Shown: positions 22,901 to 30,920 of the stretch, piece by piece
Numbering within the stretch: position 1 is the first letter of the stretch
How the letters are laid out: each line of letters begins with the position of its first letter
NCBI GenBank assembly: GCA_016432445.1
Contig: CP066689.1
Span: 300,001 to 332,000, forward strand
Length of the DNA: 32,000 nucleotides
Origin: Candidatus Saccharimonadota bacterium
GTDB taxonomy: Bacteria; Patescibacteriota; Microgenomatia; UBA1406; GWC2-37-13
Reading direction: 5' to 3'
Translations under genes and position numbers: made by a program
Notes under the pieces: generated by a model
What the model was told of the DNA's origin: nothing
What the model saw: the letters and a program-made list of their open reading frames with translations, nothing else
The model's database searches: none

Positions 22901-23470
22901 ATGGATAGATTGAAAAAGAGCTGGCATAGGTATTCGTCCAAGAATATAACTTACCTAATATTTAGTTTTTTATTGGCATTCTTTTTATTTAAAAACCCAG
23001 CCTTCAAAGATTTTCTTTTGCATTTAGGAAGTTATGGTTATCTTGGTGCTTTTATAGGCGGGGTCTTGTTTGTCTCAACATTTACAGTGTCTATAGGGAC
23101 AGTAATTTTATTATTTCTTGCGGGAACATTGAATCCGGTTGAGATAGGCTTGATTGCCGGGGTTGGTGCAGTTTTTGGTGATTTAACCATTTTTAAACTT
23201 ATCCGAACGAAAAGCTTTTCTCACGAATTAAAACATTTTTTTAATCAATGCGGTGGTGCCAGATTGTCGCATATAATCCACAGTAAATATTTCAGCTGGT
23301 CATTACCGGTTATCGGAGCATTGATTATTGCTTCTCCCCTGCCAGATGAGATTGGAGTCAGTCTTATGGGAATCTCAAAAATGAAAACACCTGAGTTTAT
23401 TCTACTTTCTTTTATCCTCAACAGCATTGGAATATTCTTAGTCATCTCCGCCGCCAAACTAATTATTTAA
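22901..23470 (+). CDS. integral membrane protein, unknown function
   Basis: 189-aa ORF with about 5 hydrophobic helices. No confident family. Confidence 0.6.
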   Translation: MDRLKKSWHRYSSKNITYLIFSFLLAFFLFKNPAFKDFLLHLGSYGYLGAFIGGVLFVSTFTVSIGTVILLFLAGTLNPVEIGLIAGVGAVFGDLTIFKLIRTKSFSHELKHFFNQCGGARLSHIIHSKYFSWSLPVIGALIIASPLPDEIGVSLMGISKMKTPEFILLSFILNSIGIFLVISAAKLII

Positions 23471-23493
23471 AAAGAAATTCTAAAGATATTTTA

Positions 23494-23811
23494 TCAACCA
23501 ATTACTTCTGCATTTCCTTTTTGGCAGTAGTATTTTGACTTAAGATTATTTTCTTTCCAAACGTCACATGTAGGGCATACACATCCCTTTGTAGGGTCCA
23601 GATCTTGACAGTAGGCTTTTCCAATTGCGCAATATAATCCAGGCATATCTTTTGGTTCAGGCATTTTATTTTCCGGTGTTTGTTCCATTTGTGCTTTCAT
23701 CTGCTTCATTTTCATCATCAGATTTTTAACGCATTCACTTTGGGTTTGAACAGGACAAACTCCGCACTGGCATTTTTGAGCGTTATCTTGGTTATACTCT
23801 ACTCTTGGCAT
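23494..23811 (-). CDS. Cys-rich small protein (recalls DUF2769)
   Basis: 10 Cys, including CQCGVCP and GCVCPTC, plus a central Met-rich stretch (LMMKMKQMKAQME). SD AAAGGAGG precedes the ATG at 23811. Confidence 0.6.
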   Translation of the reverse strand: MPRVEYNQDNAQKCQCGVCPVQTQSECVKNLMMKMKQMKAQMEQTPENKMPEPKDMPGLYCAIGKAYCQDLDPTKGCVCPTCDVWKENNLKSKYYCQKGNAEVIG

Positions 23812-23943
23812 ATTACCTCCTTTCATTAGATTAATTTTCTTTAATGAATGTAAGAAAACATTAAATAGAAAGTAAGAATTTAGTAAGAAATAAGATGATG
23901 AGGCGAAAAAATATTACGCTAACGGCGACCACTCAATGACTAA

Positions 23944-24409
23944 CATAAGATTCCTATTCCAAAGATTCTCGAGGTGGGGAAACTTGAAGATTTATCTGAA
24001 TACTCTGAGTCGATAAATAGATCTTTATTACCTGAACTAATTTCCCTCCTTGAGGAAATTTACAGGATTGATATTGGTGGTACAAAAGATTATGGCAAAT
24101 GGAGATTATTGTTACAATAATCTTATTTCTGATGGCAAAAAAATTACTGCGGTGATTGATTGGGGAGAAAGCAGATATGGAGATTTTGTTTTGGATCTTG
24201 CTTGGCTAGATTTTTGGAAGAGTGAAGTGAATTACGGCGATATTCTTAAAGTTGGCTACAAAAATAAGGATAAAGATTTCAAAAATTATGAAAAAAGGTT
24301 CCGCTGCTACAAAATTTTTATCGGTATCACTTCTATAGTGATCGCAGCAAAGCATGACGATCAAAAAGACTATATTTTGGTTAAAAATGACATTGATCTC
24401 TTCATATAA
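23944..24409 (+). pseudogene. decayed APH-type (aminoglycoside/choline kinase-like) phosphotransferase gene
   Basis: 23944-24120 reads ..IPIPKILEVGKLEDLS...IDIGGTKDYGKW, with no start codon and a stop. A different frame then continues NGDYCYNNLISDGKKITAVIDWGESRYGDFVLDLAW (HGD..N and DW motifs, catalytic-loop H replaced by N). The middle of the kinase is missing. Confidence 0.65.
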
Positions 24410-24447
24410 TTATCTTCTCTTAATTCTTTCTGCTAAGATTAATAGAT

Positions 24448-25509
24448 ATGACGCTGACTGAGATGTCCTATTACAGCCGCAAGCTTCTTCCTTTTGGCAT
24501 AATTGTTTTCTTAATGCTTTTGATATTTTATTATGCAATTCAGGTATTTTTTCTTTATTTATCAAGCAATACTCCTAAAAACGTTTATATAAATCCAGTA
24601 TTTGGACAAATTAAAAAACCTGAAATTAAAACAGCTTCAACATCTGCTAAACTGCAGTTTACTCTTGATACTGTTGAAGGAGAGCCGGTTACAGCTACAG
24701 GGAGCGCAAAAATTTTTTTATTGCCTTCATCAACCACACGGTTTGGCTTTAGAGAAAAAATTTACGTTATGGCTAAAAATCTAGGATTTAACACTGATAT
24801 TACGAAACACAAACTTATGAATACGGAAGCCGTATTTACGGAAGATAATCAAAAATTGTCTATTGATATCACTAACTTTAATTTTACTTATGAGTATGAT
24901 GTAAAAAATAATTCCTCATTATTTCAAAACATTAGTTTGCCAACGCGAGAAGCAGTAGAGCAAAAAGCAACAGATTTTTTAAGAGCAGTGGGTCGTTATC
25001 CTGAAGAACTTACTAAAGCTAAGCCGGATATTAAATATTATGTTTATAATCCCACAAGCAACCGTTTAATGCCTGCCAGTAGGCCTCAGGAGGCTAATGT
25101 AGTTGAAGTTAATTTTTACCGTCCTGATATTGAGGCTAGTCCTCAAAGTTATCCTGTTGCTACGCCAAAATATTTTTCCAGCCAAAACTATGTCATTATG
25201 GTATTTAATGAAGCCGGATTTAAAGTTATTAAAGCGCAGGTTAGATTTTTTGAAAAATCAGAGACAGTTGAAGGCGTGTATCCATTAAAAACGGGAGCGG
25301 AAGCTTTCAAAGAACTGCAAGAGGGGAAAGGGATGGTAGTTTCTCTACCCCAAGACGCAACAAATATTTCAATTAATAAGATGTTTTTAGGTTACGCTGA
25401 TCCTGAGACTCAGCAAAATTATTTAGAACCGGTTTATGTTTTCATAAATGAGAAGAATAATTTTGCAGCTTATGTTCCGGCGGTAAGGAATGAATATTTA
25501 CTGGAGTGA
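24448..25509 (+). CDS. membrane-anchored hypothetical protein
   Basis: 353-aa ORF with one N-terminal TM helix and a large extracytoplasmic part. No family recognised. Confidence 0.65.
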   Translation: MTLTEMSYYSRKLLPFGIIVFLMLLIFYYAIQVFFLYLSSNTPKNVYINPVFGQIKKPEIKTASTSAKLQFTLDTVEGEPVTATGSAKIFLLPSSTTRFGFREKIYVMAKNLGFNTDITKHKLMNTEAVFTEDNQKLSIDITNFNFTYEYDVKNNSSLFQNISLPTREAVEQKATDFLRAVGRYPEELTKAKPDIKYYVYNPTSNRLMPASRPQEANVVEVNFYRPDIEASPQSYPVATPKYFSSQNYVIMVFNEAGFKVIKAQVRFFEKSETVEGVYPLKTGAEAFKELQEGKGMVVSLPQDATNISINKMFLGYADPETQQNYLEPVYVFINEKNNFAAYVPAVRNEYLLE

Positions 25510-25581
25510 TTCAGGATTCAAGATTCACGGTTCAAGAAGTTTTATTCATGAATCATAAATCATGAGTCTTGAATCTATAAA
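25508..25581. terminator. bidirectional hairpin built from inverted heptamer arrays (GATTCAN)
   Basis: Plus strand: GATTCAG GATTCAA GATTCAC GGTTCAA from the TGA stop. The minus strand reads GATTCAA GACTCAT GATTTAT GATTCAT after the convergent gene's stop. 25515-25529 pairs with 25561-25575 (15 bp, 1 mismatch, 1 G-U). Confidence 0.6.
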
Positions 25582-26498
25582 TTAAGGTAGTCAACATTCT
25601 CTCCAATCCATTTAACTATTTCCTTGGTATCCTTAAATCTGTCGGAGCTTTTTAGGACGATAATGATAAACTGATGGCCGTTTTTTTTGTAAAAACTGAT
25701 GAGATTTTCTCCGGCGCTTTCTGTGTAGCCGGTTTTTAATCCTCCAATTCCCTGTACTTCTCCCAGCAGTTTATTAACATTGACTAATTTATGAAAATAA
25801 TTGAAATCAGCATCTGAAATAACGATTTCTTTAGTTGAGGTAATCTTACTCAAATATTTATTTTTCAAAAGCTCTCTTGCCGCTAAAGACAGATCATAAG
25901 CAGTAGTTATTTGACCTGTCTCGTCAAGTCCGGCTGGGTTTTTAAAATATGAGTTTTTCATTCCTAAACTTTGGGCTTTTTTATTCATAAGTTTCACAAA
26001 TTTGTCATATTCGTAGTAATCGGCCAAAGCAAAAGCGGCATCGTTGCCGGAATGAACGAGAACTCCGTAAAGAAGATTTTCTACTGAGATTTTTTCTCCG
26101 GTTACCAAACCCATTGATTGTCCTTCGTTAATAATTCTTTTGATAGTTACATTATCATCAGATTTGAATATGTCGTAGGCAACCAAAGCGGTAATGATCT
26201 TAGTAGTTGAGGCCGGAAAAAAAGTCGTTTGGACATTTTTTTCAAAGACAGGCGTAAAGGAAAGTAAATCTAAAATATAAGCTCCTTCGGCTGTTATATT
26301 AGGATAATAAGGAGCTTTAATATATGGTACGGGCAGGATTTTTATATCAGTAGGTGTATTATTTTTTGAGAAGAGTTCTTTGTTGTAAGCAAAGGTTTTA
26401 AAATATTCAGAGTCTCCCGGATAAAAAAGAAAGAGGAGAGAGAAAAATATTAAAAGCAAATATCCCCTAAGTTTCATAATGTTAGAGTAACTGTTCAT
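25575..26498 (-). CDS. D-alanyl-D-alanine carboxypeptidase (serine peptidase S11, PBP5/6-like)
   Basis: SxxK (ASTTK), SxN (HSGND) and KTG (LKTGYT) motifs in the right order, with an N-terminal signal/anchor. The start could be the internal Met at 26477. Confidence 0.85.
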   Translation of the reverse strand: MNSYSNIMKLRGYLLLIFFSLLFLFYPGDSEYFKTFAYNKELFSKNNTPTDIKILPVPYIKAPYYPNITAEGAYILDLLSFTPVFEKNVQTTFFPASTTKIITALVAYDIFKSDDNVTIKRIINEGQSMGLVTGEKISVENLLYGVLVHSGNDAAFALADYYEYDKFVKLMNKKAQSLGMKNSYFKNPAGLDETGQITTAYDLSLAARELLKNKYLSKITSTKEIVISDADFNYFHKLVNVNKLLGEVQGIGGLKTGYTESAGENLISFYKKNGHQFIIIVLKSSDRFKDTKEIVKWIGENVDYLNL

Positions 26499-26608
26499 GC
26501 GGGGCCTGTCGCTCGTTTATTTCCGATATAGCTCGTCCTACGTCAACGCTCGAAATCGGACTCGCTTTATATCTTGAACCTAAACTCGCGCCACCCGCCT
26601 TATGCGGT

Positions 26609-28006
26609 TTACACTTTTTCCTTAACACAAATTCCTAACTCTTTAAGTTGTTCTTCAGTGGCTTCAGATGGGGCGTTCATAACAGATGTTTTTCCGCCAG
26701 ATGAAGCAGGAAAGGCAATGACTTCTCTTACTGATGTCTCGCCCAGTAAAGAGAACAGCAACCGGTCAATACCTGGAGCAATTCCGCCGTGAGGTGGAAC
26801 GCCATAGGTAAAAGCTTCAAGCATATGTTTAAACTCTTCTTTTTGTTTATCTGTAAAACCAATAAGTTCAAAGATTTTCGCCTGAATTAGGGGATTATTT
26901 ATCCTTATACTTCCGCCGCCTACCTCATAGCCGTTTAAAACTAAATCATGCTGAAGACCGCGGACTTTTAAAGGGTCAGTATCTAAAAGAGGTATATCAT
27001 CAGGGTGAGGTGCAGTAAACATGTGATGAGAGGGAGCAAACTTAGCTTTACCCGATCCATAGAAAAAATCTTCTTCAGACTGTTGTGTAAAAAGAGGAAA
27101 ATCAAGAGTCCAGCAAAAAGCCAGCTCATTTTTATCATTTTTATTTTTGCGCAAATCAGGACGATCACTGCCATATTTTTCCACGGTTTCTTTATGGGAG
27201 AGTCGAGGCCATGGAGTTTGACTAATATGTTTTTCAGGAAAAATCTCTTTCACAAGATTGGTAAATAATTCTTCAGTTAACTTAAGGATATCTTCTTGAG
27301 TTACAAAAGACATTTCAAGGTCAAGCTGAGTGAATTCGCCATAGGCTCTGTCTTTTCTTGGGTCCTCATCACGGAAACAACGGGTAATCTGAAAATATCG
27401 TTCAATGCCAGCTACCATCAAAAGCTGTTTATACTGCTGAGGCGATTGAGGCAAAGCATAAAACTTGCCTTTTTGAAGACGTGATGGTACCAGAAAATCT
27501 CGGGCACCCTCAGGAGTTGTTTTAGTCAATATTGGCGTTTCCACTTCAATAAATCCTTGGGAAGCTAAATAATTACTGATAAACAAAATTACCTTTGATC
27601 TTATTCTTAAATTTTGGGTCATTCTCTCCCGGCGGATATCAAGATAGCGGTATTTAAGTCGTAGTTCCTCATCAATTTCATAGCCATGTGAGTTTATAGG
27701 TATAGGCAAACTTTGAGCTTTGGATAATATTTGCAGTGTATGAGCTTCAATCTCAACAGTCCCGGTTTTTATTTTTGAATTTATTAAGTTATTTGGTCGT
27801 TCTTTCACCGTGCCTTCAATGTGTATAACATCCTCGGAAGAAAGTTCTTTAAACTCTTCACCGCCTACAACCTGAACAATCCCTGTTCTATCACGGAGGT
27901 CAATGAAGACAATTTTTTTATGATCTCTTTTACTATCAACCCACCCGTAAAGATTAATTTTTTCTCCAATTTTATTTACTGTATCAGCCACATAAGTTCT
28001 TTCCAT
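26609..28006 (-). CDS. aspS: aspartate--tRNA ligase, bacterial type but lacking the insertion (GAD) domain
   Basis: 465 aa. N-terminal OB fold, QSPQQYKQLLM, motif 2 CFRDEDPRKDR..EFTQLDLEMSF and motif 3 GIAPGIDRL. YGSDRPDLRKNKNDKNELAFCWTLDFPLF joins directly where E. coli AspRS carries about 130 aa. Confidence 0.93.
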   Translation of the reverse strand: MERTYVADTVNKIGEKINLYGWVDSKRDHKKIVFIDLRDRTGIVQVVGGEEFKELSSEDVIHIEGTVKERPNNLINSKIKTGTVEIEAHTLQILSKAQSLPIPINSHGYEIDEELRLKYRYLDIRRERMTQNLRIRSKVILFISNYLASQGFIEVETPILTKTTPEGARDFLVPSRLQKGKFYALPQSPQQYKQLLMVAGIERYFQITRCFRDEDPRKDRAYGEFTQLDLEMSFVTQEDILKLTEELFTNLVKEIFPEKHISQTPWPRLSHKETVEKYGSDRPDLRKNKNDKNELAFCWTLDFPLFTQQSEEDFFYGSGKAKFAPSHHMFTAPHPDDIPLLDTDPLKVRGLQHDLVLNGYEVGGGSIRINNPLIQAKIFELIGFTDKQKEEFKHMLEAFTYGVPPHGGIAPGIDRLLFSLLGETSVREVIAFPASSGGKTSVMNAPSEATEEQLKELGICVKEKV

Positions 28007-28017
28007 ATTTTGTTTTG

Positions 28018-28102
28018 TGTCATTGCGAGCGATCCGCCAATTGGCAGAGAGCGCGGCAATCTTTTTTTAGATTGCTTCGTCGTTTCACTCCTCGCAATGA
28101 CA
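28018..28102. repeat. long imperfect inverted repeat (GTCATTGCGAG family) in the recJ-aspS spacer
   Basis: TGTCATTGCGAG (28019-28030) pairs with CTCGCAATGACA (28090-28101). Inner features are the palindrome GCCAATTGGC and a GCAATC-TTTTTTTA-GATTGC hairpin. Confidence 0.65.
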
Positions 28103-28169
28103 TTGAATAGATCCCTGCACTCAGGATGACATATTATATTATTCTTTACTCTTGGAGACAAGCTTAAGT

Positions 28170-29879
28170 TTACTGCCAGTAGATGAGGCGGCCGTGCAGT
28201 CTTTCATTGCCATTCCATCTATCAATTTCAATTCGATAAACGATATCAATATTTTGATAGGGAGAAAGTTTATTAAAATCGTCAGCTTTAGAAAAAGCAA
28301 TAAGTTCTAATGGGAAAGATTGACTATCTTTATCGCCGACAATTATTTTCAGATGATCGTTATTTTTACCAAATATCCGGGCGTCAATTACTTTAACCTG
28401 ACTAAAAAATACGGGTTGAGGATTACCTACGCCAAAAGGATTTAAGTTCTCGATTAACTCGGCCAGTCTTATAGAAATCCTGGATACAGGTATTTTTATA
28501 TCAGCATTCATAACTTTCTCTAGATCTTTATCTTTGATTAAGTCATGGGAAGTTTTATTTATGGCCTCAATAAATGCTTTTAATTTATCAGCTTCAAGGG
28601 TAAACCCGGCCGCTTGAGTGTGTCCGCCAACATCAATAAGATGTTCTTTTAAGCTTCTTAAAAAATCAGTGACGTGAAATGTTGGAATCGAACGGGCAGA
28701 ACCTTTCAAGAAATTACCGCTTTTGGTCATGACTATTGTTGGACGATAAAACTCCTCAGCAATTTTTGAGGCAATAAGTCCGATAATGCCTTCATGCCAA
28801 TCATCTGAAACTAAAGTAATTATTTTAGGAAGTTCTTGAGCTTGCCTCGCCGAAGCATCCAAGATGCGGAGGCGGGCCTCCTCAACTGCTTTTTTGACTA
28901 GTTCTTGCCTTTCCTGATTGGTTCTGCCAACGCTTTGGGCAAGTTTGGTGCCTTTTTCTTTATCCTCAGTACAAAGAAGGTCTAAAGCATCAATGGCATG
29001 TTCAAGTCTGCCTACAGCATTGATGCGGGGTGCAATGATAAAACCTACTTCATAAGGAGTAATTGGTTTGTCTTGAATGCCGGCTTCTTTAATAATGCAG
29101 TTAATTCCATTTCTTTTTGTTTTGCCAAAAGCTTTCAGCCCGTATTTGGCAATGCTTCGTGACTGACCCACTAATGGAACAAGATCGGCAATAGTGCCGA
29201 TTGAGGCTAAGGCAAGGTAATCGGTTTGGAAATGCTCTCGTAAGGGACGCAGATCTGCGTCCCCTAAATTTTTGGCAAAATGTTCAAACACGGCCTTGGC
29301 AAAAAAATACGCCACTCCTGAACCCGACAGCTCTGGAATATGAAATATAGCTTCGCACTCAGGAAGATTTTCCGGTTTTAAATGATGGTCAGTGACTACC
29401 ACTTTTATTCCCAAAGATTTAGCATACTCAATTTTATCTTTAGCTGTTATTCCATGATCGACACTGATAATAAGAGAGGGATGATAAAGTTTGTTGACAT
29501 TATCTATCCCGGCTTTTGAAAAACCATAGCCTTCATTGACGCGGTGGGGGACATAAGCATGAGTGGTGAATCCCAGAAGTTTTAAAGTCTCCCAAAGAAT
29601 AGCACCTCCTGTTATTCCATCAGCATCATAGTCGGTATAAACAATAACCGTTTTATTTTCCTTTTTAATTTCTTCAAATATTTTCAGGGTTTTTTTTAAC
29701 TCTTTTTCAAAACCAAAATCTGTGATTTTAATGGTTTCAGGAAGTGGTGGATTGAGAAACTCATAAGGATTATTAATTCCCCGGTCTTTTAAAATATGAT
29801 TAACAATCTCTTCATCAGTCGTTTTTTTATCGATGATTTCTTTTTTGAAGTTAATTTTCATGGCCAATACATTATACAA
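28170..29879 (-). CDS. recJ: single-stranded-DNA-specific exonuclease RecJ
   Basis: 569 aa. DHH motifs VYTDYDADGITG, SVDHGITA and VVVTDHH, the DHHA1 region GGHTQAAGF and a C-terminal OB-like domain. Confidence 0.92.
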   Translation of the reverse strand: MYNVLAMKINFKKEIIDKKTTDEEIVNHILKDRGINNPYEFLNPPLPETIKITDFGFEKELKKTLKIFEEIKKENKTVIVYTDYDADGITGGAILWETLKLLGFTTHAYVPHRVNEGYGFSKAGIDNVNKLYHPSLIISVDHGITAKDKIEYAKSLGIKVVVTDHHLKPENLPECEAIFHIPELSGSGVAYFFAKAVFEHFAKNLGDADLRPLREHFQTDYLALASIGTIADLVPLVGQSRSIAKYGLKAFGKTKRNGINCIIKEAGIQDKPITPYEVGFIIAPRINAVGRLEHAIDALDLLCTEDKEKGTKLAQSVGRTNQERQELVKKAVEEARLRILDASARQAQELPKIITLVSDDWHEGIIGLIASKIAEEFYRPTIVMTKSGNFLKGSARSIPTFHVTDFLRSLKEHLIDVGGHTQAAGFTLEADKLKAFIEAINKTSHDLIKDKDLEKVMNADIKIPVSRISIRLAELIENLNPFGVGNPQPVFFSQVKVIDARIFGKNNDHLKIIVGDKDSQSFPLELIAFSKADDFNKLSPYQNIDIVYRIEIDRWNGNERLHGRLIYWQ

Positions 29880-29882
29880 AAT

Positions 29883-29912
29883 GTAGGGAACGGTTTTAAA
29901 ACCGTTCCTTAC
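29883..29912. repeat. GTAGGGA-family palindromic element
   Basis: GTAGGGAACGGTTTT/AAAACCGTTCCTTAC, a 30-nt palindrome with 1 mismatch. It lies between rmuC and recJ and overlaps the rmuC stop codon. Confidence 0.6.
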
Positions 29913-30895
29913 TCTAGTTTTTCCTGTTCTTTTTGCGGGAGGAGGTGAGTGGAGGAAAGTTTTTGGCCTAAAGAATCAAATGTTTTTGATACCTGAGTGG
30001 TTTGGTTATAGGCATTGGTAATGTGTTTGTTTAGTACTGAAAAAGCTTCGTCTGTTTTTTCATAGTCTTTTTTTATTGCCTGAAGGATATTGAGAATTTC
30101 TTTAGCTTGAGTCTGTATTCTTTGCCCTTCAAAAGACATTAGTATGGCTTTCATATAGGCATAAAAACTCATCGGGGAAACAGGGAGGATATGTTTGGAT
30201 GAGGCAAATTCGTGAAGCTCGGGACTGCTGATTATTTCATAATATATAGATTCGGAGGGAATGTAAATTAGCGCATAATCAACTGTTCCCTCGGAAACCA
30301 AAATATATTTTTTAGAAATATCCTGGATGTGTTTTTTAACATCGTTCTCAAACATTTTTCTAAATTTTGTTTTTTCTTCGGGATTGGTGGTTTCAAGCAG
30401 TTTTTTAAAATTATCAATTGGGAATTTTGAGTCTATTGGAATTATTCCATGAGTGGTTTTTATGACAGCGTCAACCCTCTCTCCGTTTTTAAATGAATAT
30501 TGCAAAACGTAAGAGTCAGGGGGAAAGTATTGGGCTAAAAGCTGTTTTAAGATTTGTTCACCGATATTGCCTCTCAATTTAGGTGAGGAAAGAAATTGCT
30601 GCAGTTCCTGCATAGACCGGCCGATTTCTGAAAATTCTCCGATACTTTTTTGCACATGAGAGATAACCACAGCGGCATTATCCAGCCTAGTATTAAACAT
30701 GTCCATGTTTTTGGAAAGTTTTTCATCAACAATCTGAGTTGAGGTTTCAACTCGTCTTCCCAGATCTTTTAGCCATTCTACCAAGTCGCCTGAAGTTTTC
30801 ATGTTTTGTTCAAGCTTATTAAGCCAAAGACGCACGATAAGAAGAATAACAGCAATGATAAAGACAGAGATGATTATGAGAGTATAAAGTGACAC
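29909..30895 (-). CDS. rmuC: DNA recombination protein RmuC
   Basis: 328 aa. N-terminal TM/coiled coil, then RGNIGEQILKQLL...VDAVIK...IPIDSKFP and ALIYIPSESIYYE, typical of the RmuC family. GTG start. Confidence 0.85.
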   Translation of the reverse strand: MSLYTLIIISVFIIAVILLIVRLWLNKLEQNMKTSGDLVEWLKDLGRRVETSTQIVDEKLSKNMDMFNTRLDNAAVVISHVQKSIGEFSEIGRSMQELQQFLSSPKLRGNIGEQILKQLLAQYFPPDSYVLQYSFKNGERVDAVIKTTHGIIPIDSKFPIDNFKKLLETTNPEEKTKFRKMFENDVKKHIQDISKKYILVSEGTVDYALIYIPSESIYYEIISSPELHEFASSKHILPVSPMSFYAYMKAILMSFEGQRIQTQAKEILNILQAIKKDYEKTDEAFSVLNKHITNAYNQTTQVSKTFDSLGQKLSSTHLLPQKEQEKLE

Positions 30896-30920
30896 TGTTT
30901 AAGTATATACTACGTTCGAA

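Noticed and set aside
26499-26608. SRP (4.5S) RNA or c-di-AMP riboswitch in the GC-rich spacer (also considered for 3941-4065)
   Set aside because: There is no GGAA/GNRA-capped helix 8 with AGCA/GGAAG loops, no long rod-like end pairing and no ACGGGG/GGGGACC-type ydaO signatures. It is kept only as an unassigned GC-rich segment.
26574-28161. Several short ORFs on both strands within and around aspS (26574-26792, 26983-27174, 27005-27268, 27296-27484, 27821-28129, 27976-28161)
   Set aside because: They overlap the full-length aspS or are read through the inverted-repeat spacer (the ..VIARSETTKQS.. peptide is repeat-derived). None has independent support.
28007-28169. T-box riboswitch upstream of aspS
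   Set aside because: The spacer is only about 160 nt. It lacks the conserved T-box sequence and specifier-loop architecture I would expect. The structure is better explained as a repeat-family inverted repeat.
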